DNA from: Pecten maximus | Taxonomy: Eukaryota | NCBI RefSeq assembly: GCF_902652985.1 | Contig: NC_047033.1 | Span: forward strand, 22,630,001 to 22,694,000 | Length of the DNA stretch: 64,000 bases | Direction: 5' to 3' | Part shown: piece after piece, positions 38,603 through 51,905 of the stretch | Position numbering within the stretch: the first letter of the stretch is position 1 | Layout of the letters: each line of letters opens with the position of its first letter | Notes under the pieces: generated by a model | What the model saw: only the letters and a program-made list of their open reading frames with translations | Databases searched by the model: none | What the model was told of the DNA's origin: nothing | Program-made: the position numbers and the translations under genes

Positions 38603-39157
38603 ATAGGCGAGCGTTCGTTTTTGCGAGGATGGTTGGTTTAGTGATTTTTATTTACAGTTTTTGTCATTTCAGGTGGTTGTTATATTTTTGAAAAAAGGGG
38701 AAAAAACCCAACATTTATATGGTAACGACATCGGTCGAAACATCAACATAATTAACCATTCGATCATCATAGCGTGTACAATTATTTGTTTCTAGAGCGA
38801 AACAGCACTGTGGAAAGACGAGCATATTACGAAATATTTTGAATTATTTCGAATGTTAATTTAACAAGTGATGTTAAAAACTGTGATTTCCCTATATAAA
38901 ATATAGTTAAGTTTACCCTAGCCAGAGGTTCATCTTGCCCTGACACCATTTATGGGGTAGGGGCAGAGCGCACTACTATATGAAATCCTGGAATTCTCCA
39001 GCATCGTTTGGTACAGATAATACAAAATCGGGCGCGGCATAACACCAACCTTACAAATATTTATTCATCCCAAAAAACCCACTGAAGTTTAAAATATTAA
39101 AAGGTCCTGACCATTCGGCTAAAAAAGTGAACAAAATTGGCATCAAACGTAACATCA

Positions 39158-39690
39158 AACAAGAGGCCGAATGGACCAGTATCACTCACCTGGCTCTACA
39201 GGCAACTCTGAAGTTGGTCTAGGTCATTTCTGCAGATACTATGCGGATTTCCATTTCATTCCAGTATCAGAGTAGGCAAGGTTTATCCATGTCAATAAAT
39301 ATTCTACTAGTTCTTCATTTCAGCATACTATTTGCCTAATATCAGGTCTCGGATTCTCTTGGCTATCGAAAAATCTTTTTTTTTTAAAGATTTAAGCCTA
39401 TTTGACCCCTGTGACCTTTAATGTTAGTCAAGGTCATTTATTTGATCACACTTGGTAGCCCCTCATCCCAGCCTGCTACATGACTAAAATCAACTCTCTA
39501 GGCCTCTCGGCTATTATATTTTAGCCTATGTGACCAATTTGATCTTGAATGGAGGTCAACTTTGTAGCCCTTTATTCCGGCATGCAACATGGCTAATATC
39601 AAGTCCCTGAGTCTCTTGGTTATTGAGACGAAGTTGTTTGAAGATTTTTGACCTATGTGACCTTGAATGAAGGTCCTTTGGCCTCTTGGT
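39158..39690 (+). mobile_element. HINE 5' part
   Basis: 5' box aacaagaggccgaatggacc..cactcacctg, then diverged internal repeats (tgacccctgtgacc..., tcaaggtca). Confidence 0.6.
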
Positions 39691-40005
39691 TTATACACGC
39701 TGTATCACAGCAACATAGCCGGGTCAAAGCGGTCCACATATTAACACCCGTGGTTATTTAATCTTAAGCAACCAAGGGGTCCCCCTAGGAACCGTACAGC
39801 CGGAGCTGCCATTTCGGCGTCATCAGCTTGCACACGCCATTTCTTACACTACCTACCACATACTAATTTTCAGCTGAGTCGACTAGAACACAACAACATA
39901 AAGTATCTTGTTCAGAGATGAACCAGAGCGCCAGTTCAGGGACTCGAACTAGCGACCCTATATTCACGTAGCCATGCGTCCTGCTACATGCTAAACCACT
40001 GTGCC
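39691..40005 (-). mobile_element. tRNA-head SINE (CORE/Nin-like body)
   Basis: Minus strand: ggcacagtggtttagca (A box), agttcgagtccc (B box), 'ctgaacaagatacttta', 'gaaatggcagctccggctgta'. Confidence 0.6.
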
Positions 40006-40284
40006 TGCATTTCCTGCAACTATCAGGTGATAAGGATACACTATATATTTAATGGTATAGTTCGTCGAATTCACGTCAATAAGCAAACATAAGCCATGCA
40101 GAAATTTCTGAGACGTCACGTTAAAAAGGGTCACGAAGCCTGTTTGAAATCAGAGCACTCAATCGTAAAATACTTGCCAGTAAAAGATAATAGTAAGCAT
40201 GACAAAAAGTAGGATCTTTTTTCGTAAAATATAACTATCATTTATTCTTTTTTTTTATTGTTTAACTTCAAATAGGTCTTTCTT

Positions 40285-40717
40285 TATGGTTTGACGTCTA
40301 AACAACTTTGGTCATTTTAGGACGGTATGTTCGTATTTTTTCACATTGTGCTAGCGCGAAAATAGTGCCGACATTATCGTGCTACCTCAGTGAAGCATAC
40401 TGCCGAAGGTATCAAGCAGGTCACTCTATCCGGTGACATTGTACTGACAACGGGCGAACCAGTCATCCTACGCCAAAAATCCTAAGCATTAAGTAAAATT
40501 TGCAACTACCATTTTCACATGTCTCGGCCAGGGAACACAACGTAAAGCCTTCTTCACAGGGGCGGGAACGCTCAACTAAAGGCCAAAGTGAGGTAGCGTC
40601 CACTGAGACATTCTGGAGAAGAAGTTTGTGTAGGAAGAAGAGAAAAGATAATCACCCAATTGTATCGCCTCTCACAATCATGCAATGGCATCAAGTATAA
40701 CGCCCTACCTACAGGGC
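40285..40717 (-). mobile_element. Full-length Meta-SINE-like copy with 5' leader
   Basis: Minus strand starts gccctgtaggtagggcg and has the tRNA head, core blocks and tail. Confidence 0.8.
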
Positions 40718-43700
40718 AACTGCAACAATGTGATGGATAAACAATACATATTTAAGTATACTATGTAATGCTCAGCTGAAGAGGCACATACACTTCGGTG
40801 CTCTTTCTGACATATCAATACTCTCTTTTATGTCCACTAAATAACATTGATAAAAAATCGAATTACTCAACAGGGAATGGTACTTTGTACGGAGCCGATC
40901 TTGATAGCAGTTTCATCAGATCAACATAGTAATAGATACATATATTACAGCAAAGACACAAGACAATTATAAACGTGGAATCTAACATTAATCTAAGATT
41001 CCTTCTTAGCCATTGTTTATATAATATTGATTTTCAAACAGTTCTAATTAACCAGCCAGGAGCTGAGAACGCTGTATCTCCAGAAACAGGAAGTCAATTA
41101 TCGGCCCCCGGCGAGCATATTACAACAGCCTCCCCAAACACATACATGCATCTTGCATACAGGGAAGGCCTTCCATAAATGACTATAGTTATTGATAGGA
41201 CGCTAAACAATAAAAACGGTCATACTCAAAGTTTAAATAATAACAATATTTAAATAACACAATAAAAGTCACTAAGGTCATATAATGGTGAGTAAAAATT
41301 GGCAAAGACAAAGGCGAAAAAACATCAAAGAAAAGGAAAATGTAGAAAATATATTGGCGCACTCTTGTACAGTTTAAAATGAAAGAAGTTTAATGCCGAA
41401 AACAATAAACAGGACACCCCACCCGGTCACACTGTACTGACAGCGGTCGTACCAACATTCCAACTCCTAAAGTTCTTACACTTAACAGGTCATTCGGGGC
41501 AATAACTGACAAGCCAAAAAAGTATTACACGAAACATCAAATAACGAAATATGTAAAAAAAATATGTTTGTACACAAACTAATATACTTGATAAAAATAT
41601 GGCTATGGTTGGTAATATCTCTTCTGACTGACGGCTTCCATATAGTTCATAATTTGTTGTATGTTAACAGCCTCGAAATACCGATTTAGATCGATGTACT
41701 ACTGCCATAGAAACTATCTCTTTCTCTTGATAATCAGTACAATGTAATACGTCTATAACAAAGCAATAGTGTGGTCATTTGATTTCAAATAAATTTAGTT
41801 TTTAAAAATGATACTGTAGTTTTTGATTCAAAGGATTACATGAAAGGTGGATAGCATATCGCACATATTCCAAGTGGAATTTTAGATTGGCATATTCGGC
41901 CACCGATTCTAAGCTAGATGTTGGGCCTATAAAACTACTTCGCGATATTAAGTTGAAAGCACATGTTCACACATTTCTAATTTAAAATGTTAGTTGCTTT
42001 TGGGAATGGGCAGAAATTAATTAATTTTCGGGTTGATTGGTCATGGTCACAATACTTAAGAATTAGTATTTGTCAATGTCACCTTACGATAAGAAGATTT
42101 CACTGTATGTACAGTGGTTTCTTTTTATGGTGAGTACATAGTCACTTTTTTCTTATAATTTAGTCTGCCCTTCTCTAATACAAATTGGGGAGACATCTGC
42201 TGCACTAGGTTTTTCTCGGTGAGGGAGTACACTGCTGTCTTCGGCGACGTTCTTGCTTTTCTTGTTGTTTTGTCTTAAAGTACTTGAAAGTATTTGACGG
42301 CAGGTTGGTAAACAATACGAAGAAAAACCGTCACCTATTAAAGTCTGAAGTCAAATCAGGGCTGACAAGTAGCAAGTTGATTGGTTCATATGACCAGAAC
42401 GTTCAGGATGGCCATCTTGTTTCGTCTGTCGTCGTCTGCTATTCGCCGTGCATTAACTTTTCATATTTCCGACTTTTCTTCTTCTCCAAAAACGCTGAAC
42501 CAAATTCAATGGAATTTGGCCAGGAATGTTAAAGGATCAAATTGACTAAAATTTCAAAAATCTTCTCAACTCCCAGATATGGTAGACTAAAATACTCTTC
42601 ATATATATCAAGGTCTTAAGGTCCTTAACCAAAATAAGAATTTCATGACCCTGGGGGTTCACGTTTGCCCTTAGGGAGTGTGTTAACTTTACTATAGTTT
42701 ATATACGGAAATCACAATTTTGCTTGATTTCTATTGGAGTTCATTCTAACTTTGTTAACATGATCAGCATAGGAAAATAGCTTGATGGTATTCAGGTCAA
42801 ACTTGTCTTGAATGATTCTGAGATAGTCCTGACCAAGTGTTGTTATTTTTTTGGTCGTTAAAACATATAAGCCTCTTCTTAACTAAGGTTTGGTTGCGTT
42901 CTAATTCTTTTAATAGGAAGAGTAACACTATCAAAATTGAAATCCTATCAAACAATCTTTATTTGAATGTGCTGAGAGTATTGTTGTATCTTTTCCTCGT
43001 GTCGTTTTAACAGTCGACGGAAACAGAAATAACATATCATAATTTTACAATTCTGAAAAGCAAACAACCAGTTGTAAATGATTCATGTTTGTTACCGCTA
43101 CTGGTCATTTAAAAGTGAAACAATTTAATTTTTCTTTCAATTAATATTAACCTTTTGGAACGGATATTTGGATCATTAACGAAAATGTTTTCTAACATTA
43201 AACCTTGCGAAACAGACAATCGCGATATAAAAATCCTTGAATTCATGTACCATTTGCTGTTTCAAATAGTTGTTCAAGGTAGAATGATTTAGTTATGTTA
43301 TATTATATTCCCTAAGCGATTCCACAAACAATTCTCTTAACAATATCATCATGATGAAAAGTTTTGTGAGGGGGCCTCTATTTAGTATTCATGATTTCAT
43401 GCTATTTAAAGTATCAATAAGCTAAGATATTATTAGTATAATTTGTCATGGTGTTGTGTCATGTCAAGGTTATGACATTTCAGAGAACTTTACTATAAAA
43501 CGATTTGATAAGTGGTCTTAGGTGACGATAACGTTTAGAGGACGGGGCATCCTCCGCTGTCATTAGTTTGCAGTGTTATGGTCATGAATGTCATAATCTT
43601 GATAAAATACCATGCATGGGTCTGAGAAGACCATTTTGGTGGACATTCAGTGTCATTACATGAATACCATCAAACTGCCATCCCAAAATTATAAGTCTAA

Positions 43701-46700
43701 CCAATATATAATTGGTTCTAAAAGAAATTCCGAAAGATAGTTAAAAATATGTTTACCCTACATAAACTTTGATAAGTTCACCCCCTCCTGTGGAGGAAAA
43801 GTAAACCCAAATGTAATACAATTCACAATTTGATAAAACCTTTCCATCTATGAAGATTACTTGATTCTTCCTAATTTGGGTCTTGAAAATGTTTTGACCT
43901 GGGTGACACGTGCATACCCTACCCTCAAGCTGCCGTCAAATACTGATAATTCTAACCAAGTGTGAATTATTCGAATATAAATTAAACGAATGATAATCAA
44001 AACTGTGATTTTCTCTATATAAGCTACCACCTCCTCCAGGCTAAGATGTGATGTAATAAATTTCACAATTTTCGTAAAGTATCTAAAGACCCTTTCATCT
44101 AAGAAGATTATTTGCTCCTACCTTATTTCGGTCTTGAGAAGAAGATTTTTGAGATTTCAGTTAATTTGACAGCTTTTTGCCGCGCACCTTAGTCCCCTGG
44201 AGGCTGCTGGGGACCAATTTTGGATGATCTTTAGTCATGGAAACTTTCTTGAATATTTCCTTGAAATTGATTCGAAGGTTTCTGAGAAGTAGAAAATTCA
44301 TTTTCTACGGTATAGGACGACTGAAAAAATGCGATTGAAATAGACCGAACTCTTAAGTGACCGAAAATGCTGAGCAGCAATATCCTAGTCCTTTCTCCCA
44401 GTTACTGAACTAGCATGGGTCATACAATTAACAATCTTACAACCGTTGCATGAACTACTGCAGAAAAGCCCGCCATGGAAATGAATGTGGATCCTCTAGT
44501 TCGGACATGTGCTGGCTTGTTCTTGATCTCCCTCCGATTCCAAAGGCATTTTATGTTTTGAACCGCCTTGGTGTTTTGTCTAACTACAGTTTAAAGTGTT
44601 TAGCTATCAGTCAACTTGGTTTATTTTGCTAAACTTGATAAAATCTTATTAATGAGACATGTTCATTTGGGAATCATTGGAATTTGGTATTTTGACAGGT
44701 CGTTTGTCTATATAGTAATCAAGGGCATTGAGTCTGGAGCCTGGAGACACACACAGAATGAGCAAAGATGGTTACCTGCATGCTTATAGTGTCTATTTAT
44801 TATTAGTATTTATTATAAGAACAAACAAAACAAGTAAAGTGGTGGATATGAGACATTAAAAGGTCACCTGCTAATTTGGTTGCCACGATAATTAAAACTG
44901 GATGCAGAATGAGAAAGAAAAATCGCAATTGTACATGTTCTACATAGTGATATTATTTACATTGAAACGTTTGGGAAAATGTTCAAGGTATATATCTCAT
45001 CGACTTATAATCTATCAAAAACAAGAAATATGTGAGTTTTCCCATAACATCATAAATTTAGGTTGCCATAGTAACGTTATTAATGCAAAATCACCATGAT
45101 TGGTATAACATTTGAAAAGGTTATTTCATTGTCGGATTTTCTTTAGTTCGATTTTAAACTCCTGTGTGTTAAAGGATTCGTTTGTTTGTTTTTATATACT
45201 TCAGTACAGGTAATATGTAGGGTTATATGACCATCTTTACATATCTTAAACATGTGCATTATTTTTCAGTATTTAGCAATTTTACTGTGCACTGCTACCT
45301 GAAAAGAAGACATTTGAGAAATCAGCCCCATCTTATCAGGGGGTTACTAATTGAACTGTGGTAAAATGTATGGATGTGAAACTAATCGATTTTGATCTTG
45401 GCGCCCACCTCGAAGAACCTTAGGGATCTCTGCTTTCCCCTTCTGATGAAAGACTAGTGATACACCTATATATTAAATCTGTCAAATATCTATACAAACT
45501 CTCTGTGAGATAGGGTTTATAAACTCCAACTAATGCAAACTGAATCCAAACGAACTTTAAGAAAGATCTACGAAGAAGTCTGAGAAATACCCATAACAAA
45601 CTTCACCCGTCAAAATTCAAAATGATTGCCTGTCGGCCGTCTTTTTTTCGGCATCCTTAAAAAGCAAAATACTAAATACGAACTAAGGAACACTTACAAG
45701 TAAAATTCGATACAGATCAATGGAAAAAAAATTGATAAACAGTGATTGAGGATTAGCGACAAAAATTTTCAACGTGACACGGACGAATGGCTAAAATTGA
45801 CTGAACACCAAAATTAGGCTATTTCAGCACACTGATGTGTTTTGCCACGAGGGAAAAATGTCTGATGCAACATACCTGACGCCTCTATTCTATAATATAA
45901 GAATGTTTAATCATTCAAAGACAGGGCTTCACCAAAGCCGAACAACGTGATGTCGATATGATATGTCCCCAACCGAGTTTTGGCAACATGCATTGTGACT
46001 ACCCCGGCTAACGACGTAAAATTCCTGTCATTTATTCTGCAGCTGTTTTTCACTGTTATTAGTTTTCAGTTCACAAGGTGCCGTTGAAAATCAAATGTAT
46101 TTAGGGCATCGATACTGAGTAAGTTTCCATTACTCAATACCAACGCACTGCACTTGGCAGCAAATTGTCATATTAGCAGCGAACAGGCATGTTTGTTAAA
46201 CACACATGATAATTTCATCGCAATGAGATAGCTACGGAAAGAATTCCTATGTCATATTTATGATCAAACTTAACCAAGCAGACGTTTTGCGAACACCATT
46301 ACATAGCTGTTGATAGGGAATTTAGCAATGTACATACATATCAAAAGTTGAAATTATAAAAACCATACATGAAGACTTTCTCGCAAGTCTGGTTTTTTAG
46401 TGATGTAACGTCTTAGCAGCAGCAAGGGTCATATGAGGACGAGTGTTAAGGAGACCATTAGAGTAAAAATAAAAACGAAGTAGAGAAAGACAGATCGGCG
46501 GGGAAAGATATAAAAGACTTATGATCCAAATTGTTGTAATGGTGGCAAAATGTCATTTTTTTAATAAATAAAAGAAAAAAGGAAGAGAAGAACATCCCTT
46601 ATTATTGATAATAGAATATCATTTAACATCATATGGCATTGTATCGATAGGTTTTCAGATAAAAAAAAAGTGAATCCCGTCTTATACCGCTGATGGGGAA

Positions 46701-46949
46701 CACTAAGTAGGTCATAGCAAAGCTCCCGGGACCTTTTATATTTTTAACCGACCTCATGGGTTGTCTCTAAGCTTGCACAATGATTTCTGTATTGTGTTAC
46801 GGCTCATCGACAGTCAGGTCATTTTGAGCCAAACAACACTAGAAACATGACGTTAAAAACAACACCACACTAGACAAAAGATGGTAGCAATACATCAAAA
46901 TATACACCCATATTACTGAAATATACAAAGTAATGATTGTACACGAATT

Positions 46950-48600
46950 GTCAATTGGATCAAGCATATGTAAATATGATTTCCAGGCTGATGCGTGTAT
47001 TAAAGAACAAAAATCAAGTTTTGATCTAACAATGAGCACGTGATATATTCGCCGTAGCACCTTTCCATACGCACCCTAACCACAATGGCTTTTAATCATA
47101 TTCTATGGTTTTGAACATTTATCTTTTAAATCTTAAATATGAGATAGAAATGATAATTTGGAATCGAATATTAGACAGAGAAATTTAGTCTGTGGTACTA
47201 TCGTAATGACGTTACCATTTAAGTTAGACTATGTTGATCGTGTAATATCCAGAACTGCATACATACAGTTTTGTCCTTGATCTGCCGAGGTTTGAAGTTT
47301 ATTTAGAAACATCTCTAAAGCTGTATTTCAATGGTTGGCATATTTCCTAAAACAAATAATTATGCTATTGATTTTTAATTCAAATAAAATTACTGAAAGC
47401 ATTTTCCCTCGGGGCATACCCATTTCTTGCTTGGTCATGTCGAAAAAACTGGTTCTTACACGGACATTAAATTTTCTATCAAAAATTCGATAACAAATTC
47501 GGAAAATTTCTACGGATTCCAGTTTCCTGAAGTTCTAATGTGGCAAAAGATGAAACAACATCAAATAAACGAAACGTGTAAAAATGTAACTATATATTGT
47601 TACACTCGCGTTTATTCTAAAATGAAAACGTGGCTATAGTTACTCAAATCTTTTGATACTTCAAAATTTTGTATAATCTTACAGCTCTGATACAGCCACA
47701 TAACTTTCTTGACCAGTATTTTAAAAGTAACACACATGCAAACACAGGAATCAGGAATTTGATATTGATCAAATATCTGTTATCCGATATGCTAAGAAGG
47801 CTTGTATTAGAATTTTGTGGTATATGTTTTAGAAATTCATATTGTATTTGAGCCGGTCCAACTACAATGTAATGAATTCACTTATCGTAAAGGGCTGATT
47901 GTAATTTAATTGTCAGTATCTTTTCCTGTTTTGTTTTATGTCATTGAAATTAAGTTTTTTCTATTCGTTAATATCCGTTTCGGTAATGGGTAACGGTGTT
48001 TTGTATGGATGATTTTCAGGTAAAGTATTTGAAGGTTTCGCTGTAGTTGATTTGCCGGGAGTAGGTGAAGTATTTGAAGGTTTCGCTGTAGTTGATTAGC
48101 CGGGAGTAGGTGAAGTATTTGAAGGTTTCGCTGTAGTTGATTAGCCGGGAGTAGGTGAAGTATTTGAAGGTTTCGCTGTAGTTGATTTGCCGGGAGTAGG
48201 TGAAGTATTTGAAGGTTTCGCTGTAGTTGTTTTGCCGGGAGTAGGTGAAGTATTTGAAGGTTTCGCTGTAGTTGTTTGCCGGGAGTAGGTGAAGTATTTG
48301 AAGGTTTCGCTGTAGTTGATTAGCCGGGAGTAGGTGAAGTATTTGAAGGTTTCGCTGTAGTTGATTTGCCGGGAGTAGGTGAAGTATTTGAAGGTTTCGC
48401 TGAAGTTGTTTTGCTGGGAGTAGGTGAAGTATTTGAAGGTTTCGCTGCAGTTGATTTTCCGGAAGTTGGTGAAGTTTGAAACAAAAGGATGCGCAACAAT
48501 GGGCTTCCCGGAAGGTAAATTGATAATATTTTAGTGGGCCATAAATCAGGATGATATTCCTTAAATGTGTGTTGGCTTTCCTCTATGTTATCCAATTATA
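46950..48600 (-). mobile_element. I/Nimb-clade LINE ORF2 (RT) remnant
   Basis: Ordered minus-strand remnants KKLNF, YNQPFTISE, VGPAQIQYEFLKHIP, GMPRGKMLSVILF..KINSI, TKFL.LIFDSKLSF and RSKLDF...SAWKSYLHMLDPI. Confidence 0.8.
48021..48478. repeat. 45-bp minisatellite, about 10 copies, inside the LINE remnant
   Basis: Unit gaagtatttgaaggtttcgctgtagttgatttgccgggagtaggt. Confidence 0.95.
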
Positions 48601-49324
48601 TATCACGTTTGATTTGACGTTTTGAGATACGGAGCTAAACGTTCAACTTAAGAAATGGAAATCTGACGACGCCGCGGGAAAATTAACGCTATAGCCTCGT
48701 TTCTCGACTATGTCGTAGGCGAGACAAACCCAACTTAATTTTTTTCAGGTAAGCCTTAACATAAGGATTGTTCACAAGTGGTCATTAAATTGTATCTACG
48801 ATCTGTGATCGCTCAACCAGGACAACTGAACACCGTGGTGTGAGATCTTTAGTTGTATGTCGATGCAGACAGTGAGAATTACGTTTTTACATGTAGGGGA
48901 GCAGGAAAACACTTATTTGATTTAGTAATCTCATTATTCTCAAAGTTGATAAGTTTTACGAGCCCATAAATAAAATACCCGAAGAAAATTAAACATCTTC
49001 AACTACACAATTAGGTACGATAAATAAAAGTAGTACGATATGTTACACAGCAATAAAACCCGTGTATGAGCAGGGAAGAATAAGCCTATAATGTATCTGA
49101 CTACATGTCGTCAGAGGCGACGTCAAAGAATGATGCGGTAACTGAGGGTGCTTTTATAATACACCCACACGTTTGCGCGGCAGTTAACTTTAAAGCACCA
49201 CTTTACACTCACAACACATAACTTTCAAATCAATTAAAGGCCAAATATGTCAAGAGGGACACAAGGAAAATATCAGTGTATAACAATGGTGAATAGATAC
49301 GAAAGATGCTGTCGGTGATTCAAC

Positions 49325-49735
49325 GCTCACGCCATGAAGCCCTTTAGCGTCTCATCACGCGTTTGGCAGATACCTGCACGATAAACCGAGAATGACCAAT
49401 TTGATGTGCCAAGATGTCAGCAAATCTCCGCAGATTACCATCGGTCACCACAACCCTGAAGCTCCACAATATCACGCAACCTTTCGCTTGATGCTAAGCT
49501 GAATGTACGGATCAACAAGGCAGTGACAGCCATGGCTCATCTGTCAAAGAGAGCTGACAACCAATACCAAGAGTAAAGTCTACTAAGCTTGTGGCAGATT
49601 ACTCTGCTCTGTTCCCTCTTCAAGAACGACGCTTAAACGTCTTTTACCTGCGCTGCCTTAGAATACTCCTTGGCATCACCCGACAGGACCTTATGGCCGA
49701 TAAAGACGTTCTCAACCAGGCTGGGATGCTAAGAC
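49325..49735 (+). mobile_element. RTE-clade LINE fragment
   Basis: SSTISRNLSLDAKLNVRINKAVTAMAHLSKR, TNTKSKVY*AC and QERRLNVFYLRCLRILLGITRQD...VLNQAG match the RTE RT C-terminal region. Confidence 0.85.
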
Positions 49736-51489
49736 TTTTATTGTGTAAAATATATTTTGATTAAATAGTTTGATTTCAAACCGTCGTGTGAAACCTTTTT
49801 TTAACGTTTAAAAAAAAAAAAAGTTTATTCGATACAATTTTACATCGCACTATATTTGATCATTAACGTGTAAATCTGATGTTTCGATTTAAATTTGATT
49901 TAAACAATTTTTATTGCAAAAAGATATTGCAATCGAATTGGACACAAATTTTGCCAGCTTATCAAAAGGCCTCTTCGAAATAGTATGTGTTTTGCAGCCA
50001 GTTCGTTTAATATGTGATGTTTAAGATTTTTACCTTTTGATATATAAGTTCGAGTAACGTTCTTCTAGTCTGTTGATCATCAATATATATATATGTAAAA
50101 TATACATTGTTGTACCTTGTTGTAACTTCAACATTCCGATGACGTCACTTGTTAACATGTTCCGCGTTTTGTCTGCATGACAGAAAGGCTGCAGTTTTGA
50201 AGTGTTTTCATAAGGCCTACTTTTCGATGTTTGAACTGATGAGATATAGTAGAACATAAAATAAAAACCAGCTATGTATAGAGTACTTTCACTTTGTCAT
50301 CGCAATCCCGATCGAAGCCGGAACGGCTGTTCTGGCGACGATGGAAACCGTAGTTATAAACGTATTGAATCTACCAACTAGTATGTTGAACTTTCTACAC
50401 AATACACTATTTCTTTAGAAAGTAACGTCAAATAATTGATTAATTAATTACAAACCATTGCATTCGTGTTATGATCTTTGTTCGTTTCTATGTCGCCTTT
50501 CGACACTAAAAACACTGAAGAGTTTCAATATTGGGACATGAACATTAATATCGATCGTAATTTTTCCAAAAGTGAATGATTTCCGCTACAAATATGGAAA
50601 AATGGACTATATAGCAAAGACATGCCGTAGTTGGACCTTTCCTCGATTAGGGAAACGTGAAAAACAATCTGGGGACTTTTCAGTTTAATATTTTTATATT
50701 CTTCCTATTGATTCCAGATACCCCGTAGCAAAAAGTGATTTAGAGTATAATGAATGTTAACAAATCGAACCTTCTCCTACTCCGTCACAACAACCACATA
50801 AAATAATAGCATGGGATATATGCAAATGACCTAAACATATTGTTATTCCAAAAATAAAATAATTTCCAACGTATCTATAACAAAAAAACTCAAAAGCGAT
50901 AAGAAAAATGTAACAATTGATGACGTAATGATTTATTGGTACTATACGTCCTAGTCGGTATGCGTTCCGCGCAATCTTAAGGAGACAAAATGAACATACT
51001 GCAGCCTCCAAAAACACGCATGCATTTCGCACAGCTTTCTTTAAATGACCTTAGCTGTTGATTTGACGTTAAATAATACTAAACTAAACCAAATATACAT
51101 CTTAAAGTCATATAATAATTATTATCCAACTCGGACCATTTATAGCTGGGTTATCTTTGTGTATTTTGACACCTGTTCCCAATATGACCCTGTTTGTCGC
51201 GAGGATGATTATCATTTTACCCAATAAACCAAGCACTCCTTACCGCCAGATTCAAAGCCAACTGTCCATATGTGACAGAGACATGGTGACAAGTAAACAC
51301 GTAGTTCCGATATTGATTTTGTGTGTGGCCACAATATCCTTGAAAATGTTCAGATCTCTGGTTCTTGCAATTACATATCGATTTGGGCTCCTAATTCAGC
51401 GGCTGTTTTGACGTTCTGATGCCAGGTTTACTTCCTTTTGTTCTCGTTCTTAAATTTCTGAAAAACGTTAACAGATTTAGTTCAGTTTG

Positions 51490-51905
51490 GTTTATTATTT
51501 TTAACGTTCAACAGCTAAGTAAATTTAAGGACGGCCTCCCTTGTGTGTGGCAAGCGCGTATATGTGTTTAAGGAGGCTGTAGTATGTTCTTGTGAAGTCT
51601 CCTTGTGATAGTCCCGGTCTTTTACCGATTTATAGTGCTACCTCACTGAAGTATACTGCCGAAGACACTAACAAGCACACCCATCCACTCAAACATTAAA
51701 CTGACAACTCGCGAACCAGTCGTCCCACTCTTAATATAATGAGCGCTAAGTAGGTGTAGCAGCTGCCACTTTTAAAGTGTATGTCACGGCCAGGGGACAG
51801 AACCAAAAGCCTTCCTCACATGGGCGAACACTCAACTAAAGAACAAACGTGAGGCATTGTCAAGTGAGATATTAGGAAGAATAAAGAATAGAAAAGATAA
51901 GATCT
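51490..51905 (-). mobile_element. Meta-SINE-like copy
   Basis: Family blocks 'tagtgctacctcactgaagtatactgccgaagacac' and 'gccaggggacagaacc'. Confidence 0.78.

Noticed and set aside
39808-39830. Hammerhead core CTGATGA-cgcc-GAAA on the minus strand
   Set aside because: There is no room for stem II and no convincing stems I or III. It lies in a SINE body.
48320-48595. Mucin-like protein gene
   Set aside because: In-frame stops and an indel within the repeats, and it is embedded in a LINE remnant.
48735-48755. Plus-strand recursive splice site ttttttCAG|GTAAG
   Set aside because: No plus-strand host gene could be established, so it may be chance.
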